The notes: a model not told the origin generated them from the sequence alone. 63,700 nucleotides of DNA, filler included, from Choristocarpus tenellus KU-1152 (GCA_964200185.2; 10 parts of 10 records of this genome joined end to end with filler, not necessarily neighbours in it); one strand, 5' to 3'; shown: positions 24,834-39,059, numbered from the whole stretch's first letter. Numbers and translations: made by a program.

Positions 24834-26898
24834 ATATGATTGTAACCAATACTAGCAAGAATATAGAAGGTGACAGAGTGAACAAGGACTTGCTAGTTAG
24901 GACTAGTAGTGTGCTGTGGATGCTACTTGCTGGCAGCATGTCTGGACACAAAGACTACCCTCTGTATGGTGAGGGGGCCCTGCCGCCATATGTGAAAGAC
25001 TTGTATTGCATATTTTTCCATTTTGCTTGATATTTGCTGTAGAAAAGGGTAAGTAGAAGTTTTCTACTACTGTGAACATTTGACAGATTGGATGTTTTCC
25101 TTGTTGGATAACACTTGATATAAATATGTAATGACACCCTAAATGTGTACACAATGCACAACTATCCCTGCCTCACGATGTGCCCCCATCTCCACTCAAC
25201 ATATTTAGAGTAGCCTTCACTTTTATCGATCCTTGCCATTTTTTGAAAGCTCGGGATAATTTTTCTGAGGTGTAAGCCCTCAAGTTCACTCCCCCTCAAA
25301 TAATCTAGAAAGAGAGTATATATTTAAGGAGTTGTATCATGTCGACATGAATACCATTCCAAGCCTTACATCGTGATGTGGTTCATGCATAAAAATCCTA
25401 TCTTGCATTCCACCAATGCAACAGCAAGGTGATGGAACTCCTCAAAAACACTTACCCCCCTGCTTTCACCGTTGGTATCACTGCAACTGTATCTTCCACT
25501 GGCTCTGCCTACAGGGATACCACAACCATCCCCCTGATGCACCAAGCTTACCATTTCACTTACCACCATCATCCAAACTAGGGGAAGAGGCATGTAGTAA
25601 GTGTAAGGTCTGTTTGATGTACTGTTTCTTGCCTGTTGCAAGGTCCATCTCCTGCACCAGGGAGGTGTGTGCGACCCAGTACCATAGGAGTTTGGGTCTT
25701 ATGAAGAGTGTGAGGTGGATGTGATATCAGCATGCGATCTCCAGCCCTGATACACCTTCCCTACAGAGCACAGAGGTTCAACCCTGCATATAGAAGCTCA
25801 CATCCTCACAAATGTGAACATGTTGATAAAGGAGATTGTATTTTGACATCTTCCTATGGACTGAGAGAATATCACAGTTCAAATTAAACCAGTCAGAAAA
25901 TATAAATAATCTCAATTGAACTGGCAGTGTACAAGGCAAACGGTCTCCTGCCCGCTGATGGGCCCCGCCAGAGGTGCTGGTTTTTGAAGTGATTTCTCTC
26001 CTGTGCTCTTTCTCCATTGCCATAATTACGATCTCCTGAAATGTTTAAGACTTGCTATTCTGCATGTTTTGTAGAAGGGAGATTGAAGAATACGTGGTGG
26101 AGTAGTTGAATGCAAAGAGAGAAGATGACTGCATCATGATTTTGATTCTACTCCTTGTGTACTGAATTTCTTAGACAATATGCACAACCTAAACATATTT
26201 ATACTGCTTACAAAACTTCACAGTTGTACCGTAAAAAATGAAGAAACCCGTGATTGAAAAAATATAGCCAGCTGCATAAAATAGAAAAATAATGAATAAC
26301 CAAACCGTTTCACTGAAGGTTTTGGATATTTCTCAATTAACTGAACTGAGCCAATCAAAGTGTCGCTACTCACAACACTAACTGCATCCCTTTTAAGGCT
26401 CTATAGGATGTGAACTGCCCTCTAATCGTGGTCCTGTACCCACTAAACAGGTGGCACGGACACCACATCCTGCTGATTTTGAACATGTAGGATGGAAATT
26501 CTTTGTGGCTTAGCTGCCCATCCCTCTAACCTTGTCTAGCAGGATTAGGGATTTTTCTTAACCAGTGTGTGTGATGGGCCTAATAAACTCAATCACTATC
26601 TAAAACTCTGAGTGGGGAAACTGAAAAGATATCTGGTCCAGAACATGCTGGGCGTATACGTCAATGTTGCAACCAACTTAATGCACCACTACAGGAGTCA
26701 GTCCAGGCGGATGTGTTTCAATCTATGGTGAGGTTTGAGGTGCAGCGTGAGGCATTGCCGCATGCTTTGGTTGGTGTAAGATTTGTGCTTGTTCGCCTAC
26801 AGCAGTGCTCTGTCATGTGCCCTCTTCTAGTTATTACTCCAAGCACCCATTACGATAGTGCACTACCATGTACATCTTCTCAATGTTCGTGCTGTGTT

Positions 26899-27047
26899 GA
26901 AATGTTTTATTCTGGAGCAGTTGCAAAGCTGTGATACTGGGGATTTCCCCCCATCCACTCTCCTATGTCTATCTAGGTAAGTTGAAATGTTCTACTCTGG
27001 AGTAGTTGCAAGCCTGTGATACTGGGGACTCCCTCCCATCCACTCTC
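26899..27047. repeat. Short tandem duplication (~63-bp units, ~85-bp period)
   Basis: GAAATGTT.TA.TCTGGAG.AGTTGCAA..CTGTGATACTGGGGA...CCCATCCACTCTC occurs twice. Confidence 0.85.
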
Positions 27048-28000
27048 AAGATGGTTAGCGATCTGAAGTCACAGGGATACATGGTAGATGTCCCATAATT
27101 GTGTACTTGCAGTACTCTTCAAAAAACAATCACTACCACCAGCAAATGAACGTATGGAGCCGGTGTAGACAAAAACCTTGCCTCTGAAGTACTCTCCCCT
27201 TTTCTTTACCTGACAAAGGCCCCTAACTACAGAACAGTAGTTGAAAATGTTAAAAACGCTTGATATACAACTGGTCAAGACTATATCTTACACAGGCATG
27301 CATTCATCCATAAATGAACGAAAAATTCAGTTCTACCAGAAGGTACCCAGCGAAAGAAGGGTTCACATATAACACATACTGCATCATCTGCCCACAGTAT
27401 GTATGGTTGGATAGAGACTAAATAAGCTAGATGCACCTGCATCACCTGACCCAGAGACTTCTCCCTCCCTTGATTACATTAAAGCTTGAGCGGCAAAACA
27501 CCCCACGCCTTTTCCAATACTCACTCCACCTCCAGATACTTTGTGCCCAACCTCTCTCCCCCCTATCCCTTTGCACACCTTGACCTCTCATCCTTCCTCC
27601 ACCAGAGCACACATGGTGCACGTCACATCTTCAGGGGCACAGCCCAACGTCTCATTTTGTAACCCCTCCCCTCCCCCCCCACCCCACTCTCCCAGCCGAC
27701 GCCGCCCCATATCCCACGGCGCGGCCCGGATATTAAATATTATTAAAAACAAAATTCTTTCGTTCGTAGGAANNNNNNNNNNNNNNNNNNNNNNNNNNNN
27801 NNNNNNNNNNNNNNNNTTAATTAATTAANNNNNNNNNNNNNNNNNNNNNNNNNNNNNNNNNNNNNNNNNNNNTGGTTTCATTTGTTTGTTTGTGGGTGGC
27901 GCAAGCCCACCATAGATGTCTAAAGAGGAACTGCACTGAGGCGGATTTTTTTTTTTTTGGTATTGGATCAGTGATTTCCTTTGTGGGTGGATCATTACCT

Positions 28001-28175
28001 GACCCAACGTATCTTGGGGGGAGGGGAGGGTCTACACGAGGGTGTCCATTTGGACGAAAATCAGAAAAAGTGGATTTACATTATCCATCCGACGTATGCA
28101 ACCAGATCACCCGACAATCGCGACATGAAAAAATTGCCCCCGAACGGACAACCGCCACCCCAGATGCTTGTCATT
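28001..28175 (+). mobile_element. MITE family A copy with degenerate right TIR
   Basis: GACCCAACGTATCTTGGGGG...CCCCAGATGCTTG. ACCT flanks both sides and the match extends to TCATTACCT. Confidence 0.8.
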
Positions 28176-28780
28176 ACCTTGAATTATTACCTTGCGTCCC
28201 TGAAAGCAATAGATTAAATATCCTGTCTTTGTCAGGCAAGGATTGTCCACTTCCAATCTGAGGAATCCGTATACTTTCTAATCCTTTTGATTTGAAAGTG
28301 AAAACTCGATTTTTCACCTTCAAGTATTATTGTTATTAACCCTTATATCCGGAGTCCTGGAGTAATGAGGTCCAGTTTTCTTCCAGTTCCAATCTTTTGG
28401 ACTATGTGGAGCATAAACCGTGTGCTCGCCTACAAGGAACACAGTCACCTCCCACTGAGTAAGCTCAAATCAAAATCTTATTTGCTTAAGTGGCAAACCT
28501 TTGAGAGGGCCGAGGTATCCCAACGATTTCCTGCTTAAGATTGAGGATTCAAACCTATAAATAACCATCCCGAGAATTCACATCAATTACTCTTTTTGCG
28601 GGTATGGTGAAAACAAGTTTGGAGATGCAAAAAGAGGTGTATGGGAATCTTCTTCCATTGGAAACTTGACAAAACAGGGATAAAGCCCTGACTACCCCAT
28701 ATGTGTATGGACCATCAAATTATCCATTTGAGTGTGGTTAAAAAATATGTGTGCACTTGTTAAGGAAAAACGTCAACAAC

Positions 28781-30848
28781 TTAGCGGGTAAATAGTCTAC
28801 GAGTTCGCCTTGAAAAAGGATTCAAACCTTCATCTCTACCTCTTCGAGTGGAATCTGATGTTGTATCAGGCCGGCAACCCACTTTGTGAGTAGTAGATGT
28901 AGTCACAGGGACATCACCTTGAGGGTTGGAAGCAAGAGCATATTGCATGTTCTCGACAACAATGGCGGCAAGGGATTGAGCCAGGTGTGTTTGTGTAGAG
29001 TGTGATGGTTCTTCAGCTATTGCGGCAGAGAATGGTGGAGAAGATTGAAAAGACTCTGGCATCGGTATACCTTGGTCACAGGGAGCTTTTGAAGACTTTA
29101 GTGTCAGTACACTTTGGTCAGGAGAAACATCCAGATTGTGTCGTAATCTATATGCTTCAATCATCTCCGCACACTGAGGAAATTCCTTTGCTTTCCGCCA
29201 GACATCACTAGCTGGAGCAAAACCTCTAAATCTAAGCCGGTATGAATAGTTATGTGGGGATTTACGACCCACTCCAAGTTTATGGTCTGCAATACCCTAA
29301 AAAAAGTATGACCCTAAAGTTGGTTGAACGCTTGAAGCTTGTTCCGTATCTGGTTCAGGTATTATTCTGCCCAGAAATAAAGAATTATGAGAGTCAATGT
29401 CTGGTTCAGGAGGGTGGCCCTCTTTGTGTGGTTTAAGTCGTGCTATATGCACAGTGATTTCTCTACGGTCGACCTGCGCCTTCGCATGGTAGACTACTGG
29501 AGTTATTCCCTCTTTTACTTCATATGGTACTCTCCACGGGGAAAGTAACTTAGGGTTAGGAGCGTCTGCGGAAGTGTGGGGTTTGTGTAGCCACACCTTA
29601 GCACCAACTTCATAAATAGGAATGGTGTGTTCAGTGGCCTTGGACTCGTTGCGCAAAGCCATCTCGCCAATATTCTGTCTAGCCAGTTCATATGCCAGTT
29701 GCAAATTATCCACTTTTACTGTACTCCTGGAACAGCCGATTTCAAAAATTGATATCGATTGGTAATGTGGGACGTCTCCCGAACATTAAATAAAAGGGTG
29801 TTTCTTCTACAGTGGTATTATAAGCGGTATTGTGAGCCAGTTGCACAAAAGGCAATAATGACGCCGAATCCGATTGCTTCATAATGGATACATAGCTAGC
29901 ATGCCACGCATAGTCTTACGAATTTTTTCAAGAATGCTATTGCCTTGAGGTCGATACGGTGTTGTTTTTGTTTTCTTGTATCCATAGATACTTTGAAGTT
30001 CTAGGATCGATTTATTTTCAAGCTCCTTACCCTACTCTGAGTGTAAAGTTTCTGGGGCGCCAAAAATAGAAAACACTCGTTCTGTTCTTGCTTTTCTACC
30101 GTTGCTTCTCGTTTGTCAGGAATAGCACTGAGCAAAGCAAACCTCATTAAATGGTCGACAGCAGATAAGACATGAGTATTTTTCTCTGATTGAGTTTTGT
30201 ACTTTACCAAGTCAATTGCCACTCTCTGAAATGGGCGTGTTACTGGCATATGCCCTGGAGGGTTTAATGGTTTAGAAGGGGTTATCTTGCGGCTTTGGCA
30301 TGATTGACATGTTTCACACCAAGCTCGAACATTTTTATGTAAAGTGGGCCACCAAAAACGGTCACGAATTCGATCAAAAGTGTGCTTGAATGCAAGGCGT
30401 CCTGAGACGTTATGGTCATGAAGGGCATGAAGTATTAAACATTGTATCTCAGTGGGTAGCACTAATTGGTCTCGGAATTTATCGTTCTTTCGAAGGTGAC
30501 TGGGTTGATATGATTTGTATAACATTTGTTTGCCTTCCATTTCTTGTGTGAAAAAGTAAGACATGGTATACATTGTTTCTTTTTTTGGTAAGAGGGCTTT
30601 TTCTGGATTAGCCAAATATTTGAAATAGTCTCCATATTGAACTTGTTGAGCCTTGAATAGTATTTCAGGATCCACTGTTGGGAAAACATTAACGGCGCTA
30701 GTGAATAGTTCCGTATCATTTTGTACTCTGGTAATTTCACCTAGTTCATCTACTGATAGATCATATGCAGGGTAAACCTTGGGTGTGGAGACATCCGACT
30801 CTGTTTGGCCTATATTACGGCAGAGTGGGGCTAGTGGAAGTGGCGTTT
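28781..30848 (-). mobile_element. Ty3/Gypsy pol 3' part: integrase plus chromodomain (chromovirus-like), frameshifted
   Basis: Integrase Zn-binding region LHDHNVSG...DRFWWPTLHKNVRAWCETCQSCQ, core RPFQRVAIDLV, YRPQGNS (~29950), GPY/F-like PKLLSPWRVPYEV...VHIARLKP, and chromodomain YSYRLRFRGFAPASDVWR...EMIEAY. These are split over several frames. Confidence 0.92.
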
Positions 30849-31140
30849 NNNNNNNNNNNNNNNNNNNNNNNNNNNNNNNNNNNNNNNNNNNNTTAATTAA
30901 TTAANNNNNNNNNNNNNNNNNNNNNNNNNNNNNNNNNNNNNNNNNNNNGAGAACGAGTGGGAAGAGGGACCTCAATCTTTTCTTTTTTTTTTTGGGGGGG
31001 GGGGTGTTGAGGTGTGTAGAGCATGCATCTCATCAAATAATTGTGTACTCGGCAGAGATGAGGAAAAACATTGTAAGCAAAAAAGTAATGCAGAAGGGTT
31101 TGCGTCCTTGTGTCCCCCCCCCCCCCACTGACTTGAAAAG

Positions 31141-34100
31141 GTGTACCCTACATTACTTCTGGTGCTGGTGGTGTGCCTGTTGTATGCGGTGATCAGTCCA
31201 GTGATCATGCCTATGGGAGCATTATTCTTTGCTGCGGCACACATCGTCTACAAGTACCAGGTGGGTTTTGTGTAGTGATGGGAGGCCTTGGTGTTTCTCG
31301 ACCGAGGGTGGGTGAGGGTGCAGTGTAGATTTCACTTTTTTATTTATTTGTTTATTTATTTACTTATCTATCGTGCTTGTAGAATCCTTCGTAATGTTGG
31401 AGGAAACGGGTGGGGTAATAGGGCTAGGGATGGTAGGTACACCTGTAGAGTACCAAATGCTACGTAGCAGAGGATGGAGGTCTGTGTTCAGTCTACAAGT
31501 ACCGTGAGAGTCTAGTAATCCCCTCATCGTATTCTGTCTGTGTTCTCTGGGGTGTATGTGGCAGATGCTCTATGTGTACATCCCCAAGTACGAGAGCGGA
31601 GGGGTGTTGTGGCTGAGCGTCTACCCCCGTGTCCTTGTGGGCCTTGCAGTGGCACAGTTGACTGTCATGGGGTACGTGTCTATTCGTGGGGGGTATACGG
31701 AGGCGGTGTGCATGCTTCCCCTTCCGTTTATGGTGGCCTTGCATGGCAGGCGCAGCTACTACAGGTGAGGTCTTGAAAGAAGGGTTTTGAAAGTTGTGTT
31801 TGTTGTGGGGGTGCTTGAAGCGGGTTCAATCATGGTGGATGTTGTGTGGTATTTTGTTATTGAATGGGTTGGGAGTGAGTAGTCCTTTTCATTGGCGAAC
31901 CTCTTGCCGCTAGGTGGCTCTGTTGCTTCCCATTGGTTTGTGACAATGGGTTCCGTCCGCCTGTTTTTTGTCGGGGGGTTAGACACACGGCTGGGAGTTG
32001 GACGTTTTGGGTTTTTTCCAACTGTGAAGGTTTGTCGAGCCGTGTAATGGGTGAGAAGGTCTTTTTTATTACAGTTACAGTTGTAGTTTTTGTTTGATGT
32101 AATGGTAGTATGTCCTGGTCTATTGTTGGGGTTCTGTTTTTGACAGTTGCAGTTTTGGTTGTACCTGTTTGTTTGTAGATTTTCTAAATGGTGAAGGGTG
32201 ATGGCGGTATGACCCTTTATCGGCTGTCAATGACAATGACGGGGGCTCTGACCTGTTCTAGTGTACAGGAGAGGTATTCGACGTATTATATACCAGAAAA
32301 AAGCCTGGCAGGTTGTCAACTAGTATACTGGTTCTGGAATTCGATGGGGTAGGATATAAGAAAATGCTGGCGTGGTGTAAGGTGTATATTTAGTATGGAT
32401 GGTACAGGTAATTCCACATTTACTGCCAACAGTTACATTCTTGGTCATACTGTAGCGCTTACTAAACTGAAAAGTTAGTTAGAACACAAGTAATAGAGCC
32501 AATCCTGTGACCTGTCTCAACAAAGTATCGCTGTTGTATATATCATTGTTTTTTATTGGCAATTCATACTATTAAGTAGTAGTGGGAATATAGTAGTAAC
32601 AATACTACCAGGGCAAGAAGTTAATGATCAAAGATTATTATGATGATTCACGACTATGATGTTATACTGTTAGTACTATTTTTTTAGGTATTGTATGTCG
32701 TCCCTGGTTTTGCATTTTTTTTTATGGTAAACATACCAATCACGGTATGGTTACGGTATGGGCACTCCAAGCACGACACAGACGTATACAGTCAGGGTTT
32801 ATGAAGAACTGGACAGTATGGTCATTGCAATATAATACTATCTGGATTGTAGGGTACAGTAGGATGAATAACCCCCACGGACGCTCAAAATGGTATGGTT
32901 GTGTTTTTCACTAATAATTTATCAACAATATAACATCTCCACAGTTGGCATTGATCCTTGTAGGTTTCCTTTTCCTATGGTAGGGTTCTGGTATGTACGA
33001 ACCATGGACATTTTCCCGATCCAGAACCGTAACTGTAAATGTAACTGTAATGGTGAAACAACTGCAGTTACAATGACTGTGTAGGGTCCTGTTTATTTTT
33101 TAGGACTGACCGAGAGTTCATCTCGAAAGCAAACAGGCTGCGCATGACTTTTTTTGCACTGGTGATATTTCAAGCTTGATTCTGAAAAGTTGAATCAAAA
33201 TTTGGAGGTGCATGCTCCCTAATGATGTTTGCTTTGTATGAACTATGAGTAATCCTATCCACCCTCCTCCTGCCCCCTTGTCTCATCAACACTCCTGGAA
33301 CAATCAAAATAAACTTTAGGTACCTTGGCCTAACTCAACGCCTTTCAATGGAGACTGCAAGGGATATTGATAGGGATGCCTGGAGTGGTGAAACTGACCT
33401 GGATGGGGGAAGAGAGGGCTCAGATTCTCCCACCCGAGTGAATATAGATGCATTTGATGAATTATTCTATGCACAGCCTGCTCTGACAGCTAGTCAGGTG
33501 TTTCTAGGAGAGGACAGGTAGGTCTCTATTTAACCAGTTGGTACATTTATAGTTGAGTGCTGCATACTCTTTGGACCTGCTTGCTGGGTTTTCTAGTGGA
33601 TGGATGGATGATCCAGCACAACGATTTTATATTTTTCATGTTTTTTGTATCAGCTTTTATTTTTCTGTTTCATCAGCACTGCCACATCTTGATCGTTTTT
33701 GTGGATAGACCAGTAGGGAAGAGAGAGAGAGAGAGAGAGAGAGTCTTTAACATTAGATAAACAAATACTGATGCTGTGAATTGTTCAACTTTCAGGCATT
33801 GCTAACACACTTTCTGACCATCGTAAACCAATTTGCAATCAACATTAGAGCCAAAGTATCTTGGAGGGTATAGCCGTGTCCATTTGGGGGCCAAAATCCA
33901 ATGTTGCGATTTTGATGTAATATTGGCTGTTGTGTTTGTTAGGAAGTGTCATTATCCTTATTCCGGACACACCTTTTCATAACGTTTACATTTTACCTAC
34001 TCCGAAATGTTTTGGAGTAGGAAAATGTCATGAAAAAACCCCGTGGGAAACCAAGCCCCAAATGGACAAACAGGGAAAACTTGTACCCTCCAAGATACTT

Positions 34101-34330
34101 TCACTCTTAACCCTGTCATACTCTCCGTTCTTTTTCTTAATTTTACTCCCATATTTTTTTTTGTCAGCATACCTCCCAACTTGCTGATCTATGATTCCCC
34201 CCTCCTTTATTTTGTGTCCCAAACATCTCTCTGCAGCACACACCCTACAAGACGAGGATCTCGGGCACAGTCTTTATCGCCTGGTGAGGATGAGATAAGG
34301 GGACCTCTGGGTGAACCGCTACTAGTATAG
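31141..34330 (+). CDS. OSCA/TMEM63 (CSC1-like) mechanosensitive channel, 3' part; exons 31141-31260, 31565-31764, 33320-33517, 34237-34330
   Basis: VYPTLLLVLVVCLLYAVISPVIMPMGALFFAAAHIVYKYQ-MLYVYIPKYESGGVLW matches the YKxQLLYVYxxxYESGG hallmark. FYAQPAL lies in the C-tail. GT-AG junctions are phase-consistent and the protein ends EPLLV*. Confidence 0.92.
32803..33085 (+). mobile_element. SINE/LINE-like 3' end with GTAACT-type tail, copy 2 (intronic)
   Basis: Homologous to the reverse complement of 11960-12160; ends CCGTAACTGTAAATGTAACTGTAA...ATGACTGTG. Confidence 0.5.
33848..34106 (+). mobile_element. MITE family B copy (259 bp), intronic
   Basis: TIRs GAGCCAAAGTATCTTGGAGGGTA ... TACCCTCCAAGATACTTTCACTC. 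Flanks TTA|...|TTA. The body is a diverged reverse complement of 21336-21593. Confidence 0.9.
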
Positions 34331-35335
34331 GTACAACAGGCGAAGCACCCGTAAGTCATTGTAAGATGAGGGCTTTGGTCTTTTCTGGCAGTGTTCTGGA
34401 GACCGTTGCAGTCCATGGTGTAAAGATAGGACGTTGGAGGTCATAGTAATCCTGAAGATTTGAGAATGAAATGGGAAGGGAGGGGAGGGGGAGTTGCTTG
34501 GGAAACGTATACCATTTCGTGATTTTAAGTCTATTCGGAGTGGCGTTTATATCGTGGACTGGTGCAGATTTCTTCTGGGTCTGAATCCAAGTTGAGTTCA
34601 TTTTAGGTGGCGTTTTGGGTGGATTCATAAATGTTCTGGTTATAGAGCTTTGAGAACAGTTGTCGTGAACCATGTCAGAACTCCAGGTTCCAAGTTGGAA
34701 CCATGAAATTCTCTTACTGTTTATGGTCCACATATACAGGTACAGAACATGTGTACATGCCATGTATGTTAGGCAGTCCTTTGATTGGCAGGGTCATACA
34801 AGGGCTCTATAGTAACATCCATTTGTTTGTTGGGGTGATAGGGAGTTGGTGGATTTTGAGTGCTGTTCACAGGGAGTTCAATCATGACCACCTTACGCAC
34901 TTGTTTGTCATGTGGAAGATGAAAGGTTCACCAAATCAAATCAACAGAACATGATTCATCACTTAGTATGAGTTTTTGGTTATCAATTCCTTCAGTATCC
35001 TTACGCCTTTTGAGAATAAGGTGAAAGTGATAAATGTGTGGCGCTTGAGTGGTGTTCAGAGATGATACTATCTTGTGTTTGCCTCAGCCCTCAAACTCCC
35101 CTTGTCCTCACTTGACTTGGCATGGACACACTGTCAATGCAAGAGGGTGCAGTGGGTTGTGGGGCATTGGTATCCTCAGAAACCATGTCTTTCCTTGTGT
35201 GTATGTATGTTACAATGTTGGGATTGTTTCCATGTGCTATATATAGCATCGTCTTGTTCTGTTGTAACTAAAACTCCAAGGTTTTGGTTCGCCCCCTGAA
35301 GAGTGGAGTATGTATGTATTTCTTGGTGATGTGGT

Positions 35336-36043
35336 GGGGGTATTTGGGGTATTGTTGGTTACAGTAGAGTTCTATGGTATATGCCAGAAAGCCAATAACA
35401 GTCATCACTACTGTATTTGTTTGCATTCACTCCTTGAGATGACTATGAGGCTTGTGAAGTCTTACTTGTAGCTGTGTGTTTTACCATTGCTGATAGCTGT
35501 ACTCACTCACTTCTTGTTACATTTTATTTTTTGTTCCCTTGATATCGTTTCTATTCCTATTGACTGTAGTGGTAGTTTATCGTGTTTTGGACACACAACG
35601 GAGTCTTGGGAGGAACTTTCCTTCAAGGCTCTGCTGCTGTTACTGCTGGTGGTTCTAGGAAGTTCTGAAATATTTGTTGCCTCTGGTATAAGGTAGAAGG
35701 ATGTAGGTTTACATTCTCTTGTCCCAAAAAAATCTTATCAGTCAAATTTTAGAGGGGAGAAGAGGCATCACACTGATTCTTGGAGTTGACCGCAATACAT
35801 AACTGACACCTATGTGTGGGTGGTCTCCCTGTGCATGATTTACCAATGTACTAAAGTGGAAGTTTCAGATATAGTATTCGTAGTTGCAATCGATAACACA
35901 GTGCAGTGAGTCAAACTGTACTATCAATAAGAGATCGCTCTTTCTGATGTGGGGCAACAATTTGTGGGGGGGGGTATTTGGGGTATTGTTGGTTACAGTA
36001 GAGTTCTATGGTATATGCCAGAAAGCCAATAACAGTCATCACT
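35336..36043. repeat. Identical ~74-bp direct repeat (35336-35409 and 35970-36043)
   Basis: GGGGGTATTTGGGGTATTGTTGGTTACAGTAGAG...AACAGTCATCACT occurs twice; the second copy ends at a 10-N gap. Confidence 0.85.
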
Positions 36044-37270
36044 NNNNNNNNNNGTGGGTCGGGGTGGTGGGGGGGGGGGGGGGGGGGGGCAGGGGAGTAT
36101 CCCACCCTTCTTACTTGAATGACATCAAGGCTCATTGCTAACATAAAGATGTTCCGAAATGAGAGATATCTTAGAGATGCAACATAATGCAATATTCCAT
36201 TCCTAATAACTGTGATCAGTGTGTTCATGATGCAACACTCGGGAAATATAGAAGTATGAGAATGCTAAACATCTGCTCCAAAAGAAGAGGAAATTGTTGC
36301 TTAAATATGAACTTTGTTGCTGGCTCCAGTGAGAGATAGATATTCCCATCAGAACGTGTGTGGAGTACAACCTGTATAGTGCAATAATAATCTAACATGA
36401 AAAAATGTGAAATGACCTCTGAATTAAGGACATTTATTTCCCAATTAGATACGGAATTTCCTCATGTGCAACATCCCACACCTGAAAATTGCTTGTTACA
36501 GGAACGGACCCAAGTTGTCAATGCGTTTTTAGTGCTGAACAAGGCAATTGAGTTTTTTTTCAAAGTAAGCATACGTATGCTTTTCCTACTATCTACACAA
36601 TCACCAGATTCAAGTGCCTCATTAAAAAAAAATCGACTAGAAGTATGAGTTCAGAGGTTTGAAACATTTGAATATTAGTCTATTATCACAAGTTACCCCA
36701 AAAGCCATAATTGCAAGAAATACAGCTGTAAATGCTTGGTGCTACAAAGTACAATTAATTTTAAAAAGTGCCCTAATAGAAAATAATTCTATAAAAACGA
36801 AAAAAAAATAGAGGGTCTAATAAATATTTCCCCACAACATGACAGTGAGAATGTGAGGACTCAAGGTGTAATATGACGGCGACAACCAGCTAGGTGCCAT
36901 TCCTAGGGTATGGTTATGTTTTCACATGTATAAATTCATCTCTTTCCCAAGGAAGAGATGAGTGGCCACTTATGATTTGACTTCAACTATTGCATCTCAG
37001 CACCCACTAAATTAGTCACACAAAGAGTTTTTAGAGACATGTGGTGCGGTACATACAGAAAACATTGCCTACGATTTGACACCAAAGCTAGTGGAGACAT
37101 CACACACTGCCAGTTAATCAATTACTGCACCATATATTTTTTATCTCATTGGTGTAAAAGTAAAAATCCATTCAAATGGGGTCCTTCCTGCATCCACAAA
37201 GAAACAAAATGTTCTCCACCTCTCTTCTATATATTATTTGCTGTCAGCCCCCCTCATGCCTATCTCATCC

Positions 37271-37669
37271 TCATCGCCTTGTAGCTGCCAAAGTTCCCCC
37301 CAAGGCCGAATCATCTTTGCTCGCCTCCCAGCTCTCACCCGCTTCACTGCCTGTCTCCCGGCGTCCTCGATCGAGACCCCTCACACCTTTGTGATCCAAC
37401 ACAAAACCACATGCACTCTTTACAGGCATGGTGGGTGACAGCTCCAAACATATCTCACGGACAACATCACCTCTTGTCCTCCCTCTACCTCCAGATGCAC
37501 TGTTGAGTAGTTGTGCCTCCTCCCGGATACTCTTCCGCCCCCCTTCTTGTCTTGATGAGCCTGGTCCATGTCCTTCACATCTGCCCATTGCTTCGCTGTC
37601 CCACCTCCCCTGTCCTATCATGGCCCCGGTACCTCCGGAGTTGATCCAGTTGCCCCTGCCTGGCGGGGG
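37271..37669 (-). CDS. Probable terminal exon of an unidentified gene (G/R/E/S-rich)
   Basis: GC-richer open frame after a CAG acceptor (37672-37670), ending in TGA. Composition resembles the disordered exons of neighbouring genes. No domain recognised. Confidence 0.35.
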   Translation of the reverse strand, partial: PPPGRGNWINSGGTGAMIGQGRWDSEAMGRCEGHGPGSSRQEGGRKSIREEAQLLNSASGGRGRTRGDVVREICLELSPTMPVKSACGFVLDHKGVRGLDRGRRETGSEAGESWEASKDDSALGGTLAATRR

Positions 37670-39059
37670 CTGGTTCTGAATTGATGACAGGGTGGATATT
37701 TTGATCTGATGAGTAGCACCTGAATGGAGTCTTCGAACCATGAATCTGTGCCAAATGACATTTAGATGGGTGTTGGTGGGTGACAGTTGGGATAGGGGCT
37801 TGGGTATTATTGGGGTGATGCCATGAAATCGGTACGGAAGGCGTTGGACATGAATCAATGAACAAGATTGTACAATCATTAAGAGAGTACTCTTGTACTG
37901 CATCAACTCTGCAGCATACAGCATTAACTCGTATTGGATTTCCCATCTTCTTGACTTCGCAAGAGTAAGTACACCAGGCTAAAGATAGGGATGACCTGGA
38001 TGAAAGAGCTACCACCCACCACAACACGATGGTATTCATTGCTCCAACTGTTAAAAACACTTCGATGTCAAAGTGCAACACACTTCAAACCAAGTAGCAG
38101 CATCGAGTCTGTCAGCCCTGATAATAATACGTACCTCAATAGCCTCTCCATTTTTGTAGCAACATAAACCCTTAAATGGAGCCAAGTAACCTTGCATATA
38201 ATGCAAGACCTGAAGGGTTGGCCAGGAATATACCTGAGGCTGCCCCAGTAACTGCCACTAAGAGAGTGTAATGAGTGCCATTTTTCTATAGCTCCTAAAA
38301 AAGGATCCAAACCTTAACCTCGAAAAACAGAACTGCCTGTGGGGGAGAGCAGAAAGCTTGCTTCTTCCAACTCTTTCCTTTTGCTCATATATATATATAC
38401 ATATATATATACTACATGAGGGTACTAATGCACAGCATGTAAATTACCCAGAGCAGTACATCCCCATAGACAAGTTTCTGGGCTGGCAATAAATGCTGCC
38501 ATTACAAAATTTATTTTTCACTCCTCTCCTGTTGGTAGTGGTTATTGATCTCAAATCAGATGTTGATGCGCCCTCCCTTCGTGTTGGGGGGAGACACTTG
38601 AGCATTGCCAGCCAAGTAGAGTCACCAATATACATGTACATCTTGGGTCCTCTAGTTGATTCATATCAGAAACCCTTCACAAGGGTGCTTTCAAAGAGCG
38701 AAAAACGTTGGCAGCCTGGGGACTGGAATAAAGCAGCAAATAAGCAAACAGTGTTGACTTGTCTCGACGGACCACATCCAGTTTCAAGGTCAGCAAGTCA
38801 CTCTACTCTCCCTCCCTCCCCAACCCCCAACCCCCCAACCCCCCCCCCCCCCCCCCCCCCCCCACCCCCACACCCCCTCCCTTCCTNNNNNNNNNNNNNN
38901 NNNNNNNNNNNNNNNNNNNNNNNNNNNNNNTTAATTAATTAANNNNNNNNNNNNNNNNNNNNNNNNNNNNNNNNNNNNNNNNNNNNTCTACAGACACCAA
39001 GCAATCTCGCCGGGCTTATTACCTTTATCCTCTTTGATGATTTTGGGGATACTTTAACA

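Noticed and set aside
25366-26040. Possible minus-strand exons
   Set aside because: AG/GT sites exist, but no consistent frame or recognisable protein could be built.
35336-36043. Identical 74-bp repeat as a biological duplication
   Set aside because: The second copy ends exactly at a 10-N gap beside a poly-G run, so a scaffolding artefact is likely.
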